Shown here in pieces: positions 13,257 through 26,300 of a DNA stretch of 64,000 nt. Where the stretch lies: assembly GCF_902652985.1 (NCBI RefSeq), contig NC_047016.1, positions 32,302,001 through 32,366,000 on the forward strand, in the 5' to 3' direction. Below the pieces are notes generated by a model. The model was not told where the DNA came from, searched no databases, and saw only the letters and a list, made by a program, of their open reading frames with translations. Numbering within the stretch: the stretch's first letter is position 1; the number at the start of each line of letters is the position of its first letter. The position numbers and the translations under genes were made by a program. The stretch comes from Pecten maximus. Taxonomy: Eukaryota.

Positions 13257-13646
13257 CTTTATTGTTTCGTCGATTATGAATAATTCCATTTTGTGTGTGT
13301 GTTGATAACTGCAGCCACAATAAATGCAACATTACCATATATAATTTTGACATCAATATCAGATATAGACATTCCACGTCACACAACACCCTGTTTACTT
13401 ATAGTAGATTACTTGTACACGCAAAATTAGACGGAAAAAATGAATGACTGCTTGATAGTGAAGTGAAGAGGAGTTTCTATAGAAAATAACTACAACTCTC
13501 AATTTAGTAATGAAAAGATATCAATAAACAGATAAATAAATGAAAAATTAAAAAAAAAATTAAAAAAAGAGGATTGCTAACTAACAAGATACACAGAAGA
13601 GTTGTAATGCTACTCTTTCTTGCATCGGTACATGTCAGTTCAATTA

Positions 13647-13853
13647 CCGTAAACTTGAAATTTTGCTGTACTCAAATTTTAGCGTATAACCATATTTACA
13701 CAGATTAGCGTCCTGATGAATTAGCTGATTAAAAATACTTTTCGTAGAAAATATAAAAAGAAAGTAAAATTAGCACAATTATGAAATGGCAGAATGTTTT
13801 TAGAGCGAAAAGCGCTAAAAAACAATTACTGCTTAAATATCTATTTTTTATAG
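13647..13853. mobile_element. Degenerate TA-flanked MITE just 3' of the first receptor gene
   Basis: ta|ccgtaaacttgaaatttt ... atatctattttttatag|ta; weak inverted termini. Confidence 0.4.
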
Positions 13854-13862
13854 TATCAAAAA

Positions 13863-15062
13863 TCAAACATTCACAAACAGGAAAAATCCAATTGTAAATG
13901 TTAAGTTACAACACAGCATTAACCAACCACACACACAATCCAGTTTCAAAGCGACTTTCCGGCAAATCTCTTCGGCAAAACCTTTCGACGTTTTTGTTTC
14001 CACAATGTCTTCTTCGTTCTTAGTGGTAATTGGTCCTAGTGATAATCCTAGTAACGGAGCGACAAAGATGGCGAATCTACTAAAACACGAGTCATGCCAG
14101 CAAGGGTTGTTATAAAGTCTCAGAATAAACACCTCGGACGAGATTGTTAGGATGCCAAGGATAGTCTGGAAAACCAAGTAAATACAATAGGCAGGCATAT
14201 GGATCGACGACTGCGGAAGTGAGTTTCCAACCAACGAGAGAAAGACAGCAAATGTGAGGAAGATAGCCATGCACATTCCTATCTTTTCACCGCTTTCTGG
14301 AGGCAACACGAAACATAATTGGTTCAGAAAGGACATAAGTAGGACCGGGAGAATGATATTCGCGATGAAAAATGTTGATCTGCGTTCAATTTTGACAATG
14401 AACAAATTCTTACTAAATTTCAATTCCGACTCCAGGCGCGTGGAGTACTTAACATCAGTATCTACAAGCTTCCACTCTTCGCTTTCCTCATAAAAACTGA
14501 TATCAACTTTCGAAGTATCTGAAGAAATGTTAATCTTGGAATCGTCAGAATACCATTTACCGACTTCCAGTGTACACTCCTGTTCATCAAAAGGGTATTT
14601 AGTAGTATCGATTTCACATTTTGTTTTTACTTCCTTACCAGGCCACCAAAACACTTCTCCAGTCGATCTTACTGTTGGATCTATAAAATTAGTATGTTGC
14701 ATTCCCTTTTTGTTCCCGATTTCATTGCGCAGCAGTATATCCGGTGTCCATATACGATTGAAAGGAACACGACTACTATCTATGCCGCCATACTTACTAG
14801 TATTCCAGGCTAGTTGTTCATCAAACCAGCGAAGCTCAATCCAAATTAATGATGACATGGAACGTTCACGTTCATTTAGCTCAATGACGGAAATCAGGAA
14901 AAGCTCCACACTGACGTTAACTGGCTTTGTAACATCTGACACAGGCCGTACGTATGGGTCAATACCGTAGAGTATGTCATCATGTAGCCGAGCTTCAGGA
15001 AGCTTTGCGCTTGAGCTCTGTAAACAGACACATACACATATCATCCAAGTACTCAATTTCAT
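13863..15062 (-). CDS. Intronless Cys-loop ligand-gated ion channel subunit, nAChR-like, non-alpha (399 aa), copy 1
   Basis: First ATG at 15062 (the ORF-track start at 15110 is GTG); signal peptide, WTPDI, Cys-loop CEIDTTKYPFDEQEC, four TM helices, PPESGEK before M2; no vicinal Cys in loop C. Confidence 0.95.
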   Translation of the reverse strand: MKLSTWMICVCVCLQSSSAKLPEARLHDDILYGIDPYVRPVSDVTKPVNVSVELFLISVIELNERERSMSSLIWIELRWFDEQLAWNTSKYGGIDSSRVPFNRIWTPDILLRNEIGNKKGMQHTNFIDPTVRSTGEVFWWPGKEVKTKCEIDTTKYPFDEQECTLEVGKWYSDDSKINISSDTSKVDISFYEESEEWKLVDTDVKYSTRLESELKFSKNLFIVKIERRSTFFIANIILPVLLMSFLNQLCFVLPPESGEKIGMCMAIFLTFAVFLSLVGNSLPQSSIHMPAYCIYLVFQTILGILTISSEVFILRLYNNPCWHDSCFSRFAIFVAPLLGLSLGPITTKNEEDIVETKTSKGFAEEICRKVALKLDCVCGWLMLCCNLTFTIGFFLFVNV

Positions 15063-15827
15063 GATTATAAGTTCTGTATGTATCTGTTCTGTACCATTTT
15101 GGAATATCACTTTTCATCCTTATGGAGATTCGGTATTTTCCGACAGTACGCAACTCATTGTCGTGTTGTTTTGTTCTGGATATTTGGTCAAATGTATGAA
15201 TCTATAGCACAAACTGTTGAATGGTCCATACAACAAATAGTAGCCACGCTAGCTAAGTAATTCTACTCCTTAGTTAACAAGTCACATCAGATGATGCAGA
15301 GACAGTTTGTGTTGATAAAGGACTCGTTCTCATATGTGTCATGGGAAACGCCACACAACGGCACGGAACCATATACAGAACATTACCGCCGCAGCATTAT
15401 CACGCGAACACGACAGCATTACACTCCGGGGATGTAAACTATATAGTGATGTTTTTATTTCTCGTATATAAAGCTTTTGATATAAATTATGTACATAATC
15501 AATGACTAGGTCGTCATGCGAAATCTAAACTACAAATATAGCAGCTTCCTCCATTCACATAAACCTATCTCAAATAGGGTACACACTGGTGTAGAAAATA
15601 TGTTGTGCTTATAAGATATCAAAGTCAAGAAGCATGGTAAATGGTAAACGTAGACCTTTTTTTTTTACCTCATACATGCTACCAGGTTGAATTTATACAT
15701 AGTAGGGTGTAAACACATTGGAATGTATATAGCGTATAGCACTAGCATGCGTTGAGTGTGTTTGTTTTGAGCAGTAAATTGTTTCTATTAGCATGTAGTA
15801 TGTGTTTGCTGTCTTTTGGTGAGAACT

Positions 15828-16039
15828 TTGGTTTATTTTAACTTCCTGTTAACAGTCAGGGTCATTTAAGGACGTGCTTAGTTTTGGAGGTGGAGGAAAG
15901 CTGGAGTACCTGGAGAAAACCACCGACCTACGGTCAGTACCTGGCAACTGCCCCAAGTGTGTTTAGAACTCGCCACCCAGAAGTGGAGGGCTAGTGTTAA
16001 AGTCCTGAGACACCTTAACCACTCGGCCACAGCGGCCCC
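15828..16039 (-). mobile_element. tRNA-derived SINE, near full length
   Basis: Minus strand ggggccgctgtggccgagtggttaagg (A box), gagttctaaac (B-box-like), core ggttttctccaggtactccagctttcctcc, tail atgaccctgactgttaacaggaagttaaaataaaccaaa. Confidence 0.85.
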
Positions 16040-16785
16040 GTGGGCGAGAGCAAGAACAATGTTTCTCAAACAATTAAGAATATTTTCGTGGTTGTTCTTG
16101 TTGATACAAGCCCTAACAGCAATATTTAAACCGAGGACAAACACACATGGGAAAAAGATTGCAACGTATCGGACAGTACTAGATGATGGAATCCCAGTGC
16201 TTTTGGCTACCAGACAAGAGAGGGAAAGAAATTGTTAATGAAGCCAAAATCGTCCGAGGGCTAATTTCAGTGTCATTCGAGGATTAGTTTCGAGGACAGT
16301 TTAGATCAAGATATTGGATGATACGCGTGTACCACTGACCAAGGTTTATCGCGGTGGATCAATAGTTGCTCGTATTCATAGTGTATCTGTATCTTTAATA
16401 CTTGGTGTAAGTGAAAGCGTAGTCCTAGCTGTGCTTAGTAAAGCCAGAAACAAATTTGTTGCATGGCCTTCTGAAGATAGACAGTAGGGAGCAGCATAAC
16501 GCATTGAGTCATCGCATCATCTGGCAGCCTCGTTGTTTGTACCATACTAAAGAACACCATTCCGGGCACATGCTACCAAACTCATCAGACACGTTCAGAC
16601 ATTGCAGAAATCATATTAAGAATCGAAATACATTAGACTAACAGAGACCCCTGGCACAACTAACTCACCTAGACTGTAGGCACACTATGAAAAAGTTATC
16701 TCTACACCTTTTATATATCTACACTATTATAGGGTACATGAAGACGGGAACACAGCTAAAACAACGTGGTTTCATCCCGGATATA

Positions 16786-17042
16786 CTGTCAATCACTTAG
16801 ATTTTGCGAATACTTTATTTCACGAACTTACCTTTTCAGAAATATCAGCGAATACATGATTACGAGTAGAATTTACTTTTAAGTTAGATATAAGGCCATT
16901 AGAGTTTTGGAGTCTGCAAGACTGCTTTATCAGTTATCGATATCTTGGCCGTCATCCAAGGTGTTATTGTTGTAGAAATAATTGCGAAGGATTTGAATTC
17001 GTGATTGGCTCTCTTTGCGTATTAATGACAAGTGATTTACAG
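16786..17042. mobile_element. TA-flanked MITE (Tc1/mariner-like)
   Basis: ta|ctgtcaatcactt ... aagtgatttacag|ta, 12/13 TIR match with TA on both sides. Confidence 0.65.
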
Positions 17043-17400
17043 TAGTCGCAATACTTAACAAATATCACCTAAGATCATATCTCAATACATACCAGCGAGT
17101 TCAAGTGTGAAGCCTTCATCAGGGAAGTTATGCGCATCTAATTTAGCGTTACTGATCGGGCGTTGTTACTCGTCCATTTGTCAAATCACCACTGAGCTTT
17201 CCTTGCCAATAATATATATGGAGTATTAGAACATATTGAAATCTGATGTGTGCTAAACGTATATCGCGGATTAGAATTCTATGGGACAAAATCAAAATCG
17301 ATAAAGCGGGACAATATATGAACAAAAATAAAGACTTATATTGGAACCATTGAAAATACTGAAGAGCCTTTCAAGTTTATTCTCTAAAGCATTTTATATG

Positions 17401-17910
17401 GATGCTGATGGTTTTCATGGATAGTACATCATCATCCCATAGCCCCCTCCCTCTGTTTATGTAATGTGGAGACTGTTGGTGTTTATGGATAGTACATCAC
17501 AACCCCATAGCCGCCTCCCTCTGCCTATGTGATGTGGAAACTGACGGTGTACATAGATAGTACATGTACATCATAAACCCATAGCCGCCTCCCTTTGCCT
17601 ATGTAATATAGAGACTGACGGTGTCCATGGATGGTACATCATAATAGTATATCCTCCCCCCTCTATGTAACGTGGTGACTGATTCTGTTTATGGATGGTA
17701 CATCATAATCCTATATCCTCCTCCCTCTGCCTGTGTAGTGTGGAGACTGACGGTGTCCATGGATGGTACATCATAAACCCATAGCCGCCTCCCTCTGTCT
17801 ATGAACTGTGGAGACTGATGGTATTCATTGATGGATCATCATAATCCCGTAGCCCCTCTCCGTGTCCAGGTAACTTATGGCGTCCATTGATGATATATCA
17901 TAATCCCATA
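17401..17910. repeat. About 65-70-bp minisatellite (GACTGACGGTGTCCATGGATGGTACATCATAAACCCATAGCCGCCTCCCTCTG...)
   Basis: About 7-8 diverged tandem units. Confidence 0.88.
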
Positions 17911-20900
17911 GTCAATTATATGATAAAGTCTATATCTATAACGGAGTTACAGGTTACACGTCATAATGAACTCTAATTGAGAGATAGTATATGATAAAAG
18001 TAATGCATTTCAATCGTAGGAACATTCAATTTAAACTATTAGAGCTAATGTTTGATGTATGCTACGTCGTACACTCTATCCACCTGGGATTACGTTACGT
18101 TCACTCTCTGCACCCCTTGGATATGACATGGCAAAAAGACTGACAATTTTCGAATTGTGACAGATATTAAAACCTTGACCAAAAGTTAAGCTGAGTTTCT
18201 TTTTGAAGATTGCATATGAACAACGACCAAGTTCAAAGCCAGTCAGGTTATTATCATGTCGACAAAAAAGATTCGTTTGGTGCAAATCAATGGATAAATC
18301 AGCTTTTATGTATTGTAACAGGAATGCCGACAACTTGAAGCCACTTCTCAATAATGACATGACAAAATTCTCCAATTGTGTCGATTTATTAAGAGGAATA
18401 TATTCAAAACTTTCTCGGAAAGTTGCTTGTGTAGTGGGAGATAGCTCGCATAGCTCTACAGCATTATAGATATAAACATTTGTCGCGCTGACTGGTCAAA
18501 TGTACCACCTTAGTATATATTACTAGTAAAGGGGAGATAACTTATTTTAGGTTTATACAAAACAGGCTGTTATTCTTAGAAAAAACATTTTCTACTAGTA
18601 TTCTCTTGATTACTCATTGTTTGTATGGTTAATTAATACTTAGAAATAACAAGAACATTTCAAGCCATCTTAGCTGGACTATGTAACTTGAAGTATTAAT
18701 AGAGCTGTCGCTGACTGAGCAAATCTGACACAGCCACTTGAATTCAACGACTTTATAAACATTAGAGACCACGTGATCGAATCTGACCAATCGGCGCTTG
18801 TCCGATTTAATTGACATAAAACATATGACAATATATATGTGTCCTCTCCAGCATAACAACACAGTGGTACAAAGTCATTTCATACAAAAGAAATGTAGCG
18901 TAGTGTAAGAAACACAACCACATCAAGTAAGTTGCATTTTACCGAAATCATGTATATTTTAGGGTTTTCAACACAAGCTTCATGACCACTTGGAAAGCTG
19001 AGTAGAGTTAATGATAATATGTACTATAAGACGGTTGTTTTGATATAACGTGACACGGATACATGTTGTGTAATGCTGTTTCAAGTCCAAAGCCACTTGT
19101 GAATAAGCACACACAGATTGGTCTTCCCAATCGAGGGCATAGTTTAAATTACAATATATAGTTTCTTTGTTGGCATAATATAGTGTTTATATCTAGTCTA
19201 CCTCTAAACGACAAAATCATACTAAGTTTTTGATGAATAGTATAGCAGATCTGAAGCGATACTGTTGAATTTATCAAACATTGATATGACGAAACTATTA
19301 AAGGAAGTTGGGGGGGAGGGGGGGGGGGGTATTCCAACAGTACGGAGCGGTTAACTATCCATAGTCTGATTGTGATTTTGATTCATTTCTTTCAAATAAC
19401 GTCAAACGTCAGAACGAAAAATTACCTAGATTTTGTAATGCGGGTGTCGTCGTGACCTAGATTTTTATGGCGGGTGTCGTCGATGAAGTGGAAGACACTT
19501 CCCCTTCCGGACCATATGGTCTTTTTCCCCCTAGTTTTCCTAGAGTCTCCACATAAATCTATATTTTTGCTTTTATTTACCCTTGTTATATTGATTTCGA
19601 GATTGAAATCAGTTTGTTTACAAGTAGGTATTCAGTCTTTGTTAAACTGTAACAAATGTTGACAGACGATGTTACTGGCGGGGGTGGGGGGGGGGGGGGG
19701 GGGACGAAGGGGGATTTTGATGATATTCGTGCATCGCACACGAGAAATCAAAATATCTTATCGTCTAATGGCTTTAACTCCCATCAGATGCAGTTGTGTT
19801 TTTTATTCATCTGTCGATAATTGGGGAGATTTAATGTAGCTTGAAAATGACAGCTATATATGCAACCGCGAGTTGATATGAGCTAAGAATTATACTGATG
19901 CCCGAGATAATACAGAATAGCTACACATATACTGCGCGCTCAACGATAAACCAATATTCATTAAATGCTGTTAACAATATTAACAATAGCAATAATATAA
20001 TACAGCTTGTACACACGAAATGGGAACCCTTTCCTATATGTAGACATTAGATAAACGAAATGGTATTCAGGAGTAAATGTGCAGAGTGAGCATCAGGAAC
20101 CACACAGATACTGTAAACATACTTTTTAATTAATAAACATCAGACAGGCTTCACACTTTTCTAGTTTCTTACCACTGTATGACCCCTCGATCGATACCAT
20201 GCCAACAAGAGTATTTTAGAAAGATAAGGTGACGTTACTTGTTTCGCACTTGTGTAAAATGAATGAAGTTAACACGCATCTAATCATAATCCAAAATATT
20301 TTGTCTCAAAGTATTGATCTACTTAAGATGGATACTAAAGAAATACGAAAGTGACAGAATGTTAACAAATCACGAGGGTTTTTATCATGAAACGTATCTT
20401 GTACTTATATAAGCACGACTACTAATTCACATTGTAAAGATCGATTGACAAACAATGATCAATCCCATGCCTCTTACATAGTTGACGTTTTATTCTTATT
20501 GTAAAAGGAGCGTTATAGAAAGTGCACTTTCTGTGATGACCATAGGGACTGGTTACCATTGTAGCAGTACCTGGCAGTCTTTACTTTAACGTAATAAGAA
20601 AATGTGTTCGGCGTCTATGAGGTATTGAGTGAGTAGATTTTCACCAATTCCCTAGCAGATATCGCATGTTGCTTCCTATATAGTCACGATTCCTTCTCTG
20701 ATTATAGATGATAGTTTCTATAAACAACTTTTGAGTTTCAAATTAAACAGACGAACACCTACTGGCAGACATTTAGCTTTAATCTCTGAGGCTCTTACTG
20801 ACGTTGTTTCTATGGAAATATCTCTGCCTGTTACAACAGCTGATACCTTAGTGGTTTCTTGTTAATGTAAAACTCATAATTCATACATAAACAACACTTG

Positions 20901-22172
20901 GAGAGAGGAAATCCATTTTTTATCTTTTCTACCTATCAGTATACACATATCTCATTTCGGATTATATTTTTCGTCTCTACATTATATCTTCAGAGTATCA
21001 AACGCAAATACATATAAATCCAAGGTTATGTCATTGCGAACAGACCAGTTGTTGTTAGCGCAAATCACAAATGTTGTTTTCTGTTCAGAAAAAATAAGTG
21101 GTACTTTTGCAAAACAGAATAATCTGACAGACAAATAGAGTTCATTTTGATCAATGGGATTGAAATGTTATTGCCATTTTTTCCGCAACAACTGTTTCGT
21201 GTTCTCTACCGTCAATTAACTTAATTATGTCTCTTTTATTGACCTCGTTTTTGATCAGTAAGGTCTCGAGTAAATTTCAGGTCTGATCTGTAGTCCTACA
21301 ATTGCAATGCCATTTCTAAATGTTGACATTTATGATTTTTTGTTTTAGAATTGTACTCTTTACAATATGACCGTATAACAGAACTGACTTCTTTGAAAAA
21401 ATATACCAACCTCACATGGAAACACTTTTATTTGATGATCAGTTTAGAATTGTAATCGAAATCATGAGTAAACAAAAGAATATAAACAGATTAAAAAAAA
21501 AAAAAAAAAACAGAAAAGAAAGAAAGATGATTCAAAAGTAGATAGCTTTGAGCCCAAAGGTTCAGAATGAATACTAGAAACATTCAATATTGTAAGTTAT
21601 CTGCTGGTTGCATTAACATCGGACATAAAGTGTACGTTTTCAGTAACACGAAGGCAGCGTAGTTTTACTTTCATCCTATATATTATAAATGTTATGTTGA
21701 ATTCTATTACAGATTATGAAGATGTAGCCAAGATAAAAGCAGCATATTTCAACACATGATTATTGGACTTTTAGAGCAGATATACACTTTCAAAGTCAAA
21801 CAACTGCCCGTTTACTTAAATGATATTATAACAATTACAGTTGACAAAAATAAAGTTAATGATAATTTGATTATGAAATGAAAGGAGCAATTTTTTTCAA
21901 GAGCAATTTTCACAGTCATTAATATTATCTGTAAAGCAAGAAGATTAAATCGATGACTTACGATGAAGAGATAATGTAAACATGGGAATTTACGCGAGGG
22001 GGATTTATACTAAATACAGAGGGCCATTCGGCCTCAAGAAATCTTCCCACGCGTAGTTTTAACGTATATACGGAATAGATGAAAAGAGGAGAGAAAAACC
22101 CCCAAAAAACAATGCGTATATTTTACCTATCGAACCGGAAATAACCATAAAGTTCGGTTCAATTATAAAAAA

Positions 22173-23360
22173 TTACACGTTCACAAACAGGAAAAACCCG
22201 ATTGTAAATGTTAAGTTACAACAGAGCATTAACCAACCACATACACAATCCAGTTTCAAAGCGACTTTCCGGCAAATCTCTTCGGTAAAACCTTTCAACT
22301 TATTTGTTTCCACAATGTCTTCTTCGTCACTTCCTAGAGATAATCCTAGTAAAGGAGCGACAAAGATGGCGAATCTACTAAAGAACGAGTCATGCCAGCA
22401 GGGGTTGTTATAAAGTCTCAGAATAAACACCTCGGACGAGATTGTTAGGATGCCAAGGATAGTCTGGAAAACCAAGTAGATACAATAGGCAGGCATATGG
22501 ATCGACGACTGCGGAAGTGAGTTTCCCACTAACGAGAGAAAGACAGCAAATGTAAGGAAGATAGCCATGCACATTCCTATCTTTTCACCACTTTCTAAAG
22601 GCAACATGAAACATAATTGGTTCAGAAAGGACATAAGCAGGACCGGCATTATTATATTCACGATGAAAAATGTTGATCTACGTTCGATTTTCACAATGAA
22701 CAAGTTCCTACTAAATATCCATTCCGACTCGAAGCGTGTGTCACGCTTTACATAAGCATCTATAAGTTTCCACTCTTCGCTTTCCTCAAAAAAAGTTGTA
22801 TCAACTTTCGAGGAACCTGAAGAAATATTAACCTTGGAATCGTCAGAATACCATTTACCGACTTCCAGTGTACACTCCTGTTCATCAAAAGGGTATTTAG
22901 TAGTATCGATTTCACATTTTGTTTTTACTTCCTTACCAGGCCACCAAATTACTTCGCCAGTAAATAATACTGTAGGATCTATAAAGTTAGTATGTTGCAT
23001 TCCCTTTTTGTTCCCGATTTCATTGCGCAGCAATATATCCGGTGTCCATATACGATTGAAAGGAACACGACTACTATTTATGCCGCCATACTTACTAGTA
23101 TTCCAGGCTAATTGTTCATCAAACCAGCGAAGCTCCATCCAAATTAATGATGACATGGCACGTTCACGCTCATTTAGCTCAATGATAGAAAGCAGGTAAA
23201 GTACCACACTGACGTTAACTGGCTTTGTAACATCTGACACGGGTCGCACGTATGGGTTAATATCGTGGAGTATATCATCATGTAGCCGAGCTTCAGGAAG
23301 CTTAGCGTTAGAACTCTGTAAACAGACACATACACACATCATCCAGGTATTCAATTTCAT
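22173..23360 (-). CDS. Intronless Cys-loop ligand-gated ion channel subunit, nAChR-like, non-alpha (395 aa), copy 2
   Basis: First ATG at 23360; close paralog of 13863-15062 with the same motifs, PLESGEK before M2. Confidence 0.95.
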   Translation of the reverse strand: MKLNTWMMCVCVCLQSSNAKLPEARLHDDILHDINPYVRPVSDVTKPVNVSVVLYLLSIIELNERERAMSSLIWMELRWFDEQLAWNTSKYGGINSSRVPFNRIWTPDILLRNEIGNKKGMQHTNFIDPTVLFTGEVIWWPGKEVKTKCEIDTTKYPFDEQECTLEVGKWYSDDSKVNISSGSSKVDTTFFEESEEWKLIDAYVKRDTRFESEWIFSRNLFIVKIERRSTFFIVNIIMPVLLMSFLNQLCFMLPLESGEKIGMCMAIFLTFAVFLSLVGNSLPQSSIHMPAYCIYLVFQTILGILTISSEVFILRLYNNPCWHDSFFSRFAIFVAPLLGLSLGSDEEDIVETNKLKGFTEEICRKVALKLDCVCGWLMLCCNLTFTIGFFLFVNV

Positions 23361-26300
23361 GGTTATAACCAAGTTGCGTATCTGTCCTATAAGTTTCCGT
23401 AATATCACACTATTTCAACTCCCCGAAGATTCGGTTTTTTCATTGTTGAATAATAACTGATGATATATAGCCATTGGCTCATTGTGTTTGAACTGAATAA
23501 TTCCACAAAATGTGTCTGCAGCTCTTGAATGTCAAACGAACTAAGATATTAGATAAAAAAAAAAAGGAGAACTAGCCGCGTTTGCTCAAGGAATTCTAAA
23601 ACTTGGAACAAAGTTAATAAAATATATAAAAAAAACTACGCTGATATAGTCGTGTGTTGATGAATGATGTGTTCCTACAAAAAGCCAAGCCACGGTAGGA
23701 TACGATATGCATAACATTACCGCTACAGCGTTGGTAGGCAAACACGGCTGCATAACACTTAGGGGTAGTACATGTGTATATACTGTTGATTCTGTTTCTC
23801 GTAAAATATCTACACAATCAATGACTAGGTCGTCATGTGGAATCTAAACTGACAGCTTCCCCTCCCTTCACATTAACTTTTCAATGCGATCAACGGGAAA
23901 CATAACGATGAATAAAAATGTGTTTTTCTTATAAGATATCATCAAAACAAATAAACATGTGATCAGCTTGGTATAATAACCATTATTGATCCTGTTTGTT
24001 AAAATGTTTATAAATTTTATTAAATAATTCGATCTAATTGTCCTCCTTACACAGTATGCATTAATAAGAATACCCTTGTGAAGTACATGTACATACAATC
24101 CGAAGGCTGAGGTACGTAGCAATGCTTTATTTTAGAATGATCCAACAGCAATTTCGTTAACATGTACAATGATAAGGAATCAAGTATAATGGTAGTAGAT
24201 TGAATATGAGATGTACAGGGAAGACGATATCTAAAACATATATAAATAATCAAAAATACAATACTATAGTAGCATATCCTATTTATTTGGTCTTAGATAT
24301 GACCAATTAACAGCTAATAATACATCTAAGTAAAAAAAAACTATTATATATATTGTATATGTGGCATTGTGATATTTTGCGTAACATAGCAACTGTTCTA
24401 ATTGTTAAGTTTTATATGTGTTATTGCATTTTTATTTCATTGATTTAATCGGTAATAGAAATGCATGATATATGTCTATAACATAATACGGCAGTACGTT
24501 ACAACTCATACTGGCCCTGTGAGCGCTACACATGTAGATAACGTTTCTTATACAGTGAAATTCTGATGAGAGTTCAGCAGCAACGTGTATCGTAATTCGA
24601 TGACTATTTTACAACGGAGCTTTATTTATATTTGGTAACGGCTTCTGTTTTATCGATAGTAGGCAACGCGTGAGGTTTTCGAAGATATTTTCAGATAGAT
24701 AATACGCATTTTCTTTCATTCTTTGGAACATATATCGCTGTTTGTAACTTCTATGGGAGGTCAATAATATACAAATAGAAAGTTGGACATACAACGGTGA
24801 CTATCGACATAATAACGAAAGCAATAAAACAAGGGGAAATGTGAATAAAAGGTAATAATTTGTATGGAGATCCTTGTACAACTGTTGGTAACAATTAAAT
24901 GTGTTTTACCTACGTTTGTCACGCTGTTTTTGCTGTGTTACGGATGGTTATAATTTGATAATACAGTATATGTTAAGTTATCAGTAAAACCTTTATAAGC
25001 GTTCTATAAATCAGAGGTTAAGGAGAGAGAGTGACATTAGATTAGCGGTTATCACAGAGAAGATTTTTTATTCATGAATATCTTCTCCCTTTTCTCTTCT
25101 TGTTCATTTGTCTGAACTGATTTGTTTCATGTTTTGTTTTGAATGGGAGGTACTTATTATATTGGATGAAATCGGCATTTGTCGTTGAAGAGTTGTCTCT
25201 CTTCGCATTTCACCATTAGCAAAGAGAAGCGATTTGTACTTTTCTGAGATGGATCACAGGACGTGCTCTTTTTGTGATTTCCCTTCAATCTTTGTACATT
25301 TTTGTATGTTGAAGATCAGATAAAGCCAATTTTTTTCCTGATATACTTACATATGTGTTAGTCTTTTAAGTAAACAGAATTATAACATGCATATAGGGCT
25401 TCTGACCCTCGGTTGTGAAAATATGATTTTCTATCGATACACAGTGTGCATATGCGCTAACAGACAAACACTAGTAGCTGTGGTATCGTCATTTGGCAAA
25501 GTAAGGGTCACTCTTGTAATACAGAATTCGTGACTATCTAAAATTAACTCAACAAAATGGAATGTAAATTTTTAAGAACGGAATTAACGTCTTTTCATAC
25601 CAAAATAGTTTTTTTCAACTTTTTCTGGAACATTTTTGTTCTTTACACTACCATATCGGGTAGATTAGGAACATTTCGTCCTTTTTATGGAAACATTCTT
25701 TTGTAAGGTGATTCTTTTACCCATGTTTCCCCTATCTATGGAGTATACCCTTTCAGATGAGTCTATATAACAGCTGCTGTCGGCAGGTGTCAGGTTGATC
25801 AACACTATGTGCTGGTTTTAGTAGTGACACCATAACCACAATGAGAATAATATAATTTCGGTTTGCGACATAGATATCGACGATTTTAACCAGCATACCA
25901 AAGTGTCTTTTTGTTTTTCTTGTTACAAAACTGATTTTTGTAATCATTTTTATTAACTGACAGACAATCTTACATGACACGGTGTCGAGATTTGTAGTTT
26001 GACGGAGTCACGGGAAAGAGTGTATGGTCGACATTATATCTCATAGTGTGGTTCAGCATGTTAACGTTCGTTGGTATGGCTGGTGCTTTAATTGTCATTA
26101 CCTCAGGTTTCATTTGAGAACATGACATCAACTAGATTTGACCTGGATATATGCTTACTTTTCCGAAACACCTGGTCTTATTTTCCGGATAAGGATATTT
26201 TATAATAACATATATTCCTTATTTGGAACATATGGATGTTAATCATTTCCTCCCATGTGGTTATATTTTCTCTGATGTTTATCGATTTAGAGTTGGACTT

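Noticed and set aside
15990-16039. tRNA gene
   Set aside because: A/B boxes are followed by a SINE core and tail; no complete cloverleaf.
18076-18469. Overlapping ORFs between the receptor genes
   Set aside because: No recognisable motifs or splice structure.
14254-23199. Plus-strand ORFs overlapping the receptor genes
   Set aside because: Antisense shadows, duplicated only because the sense genes are.
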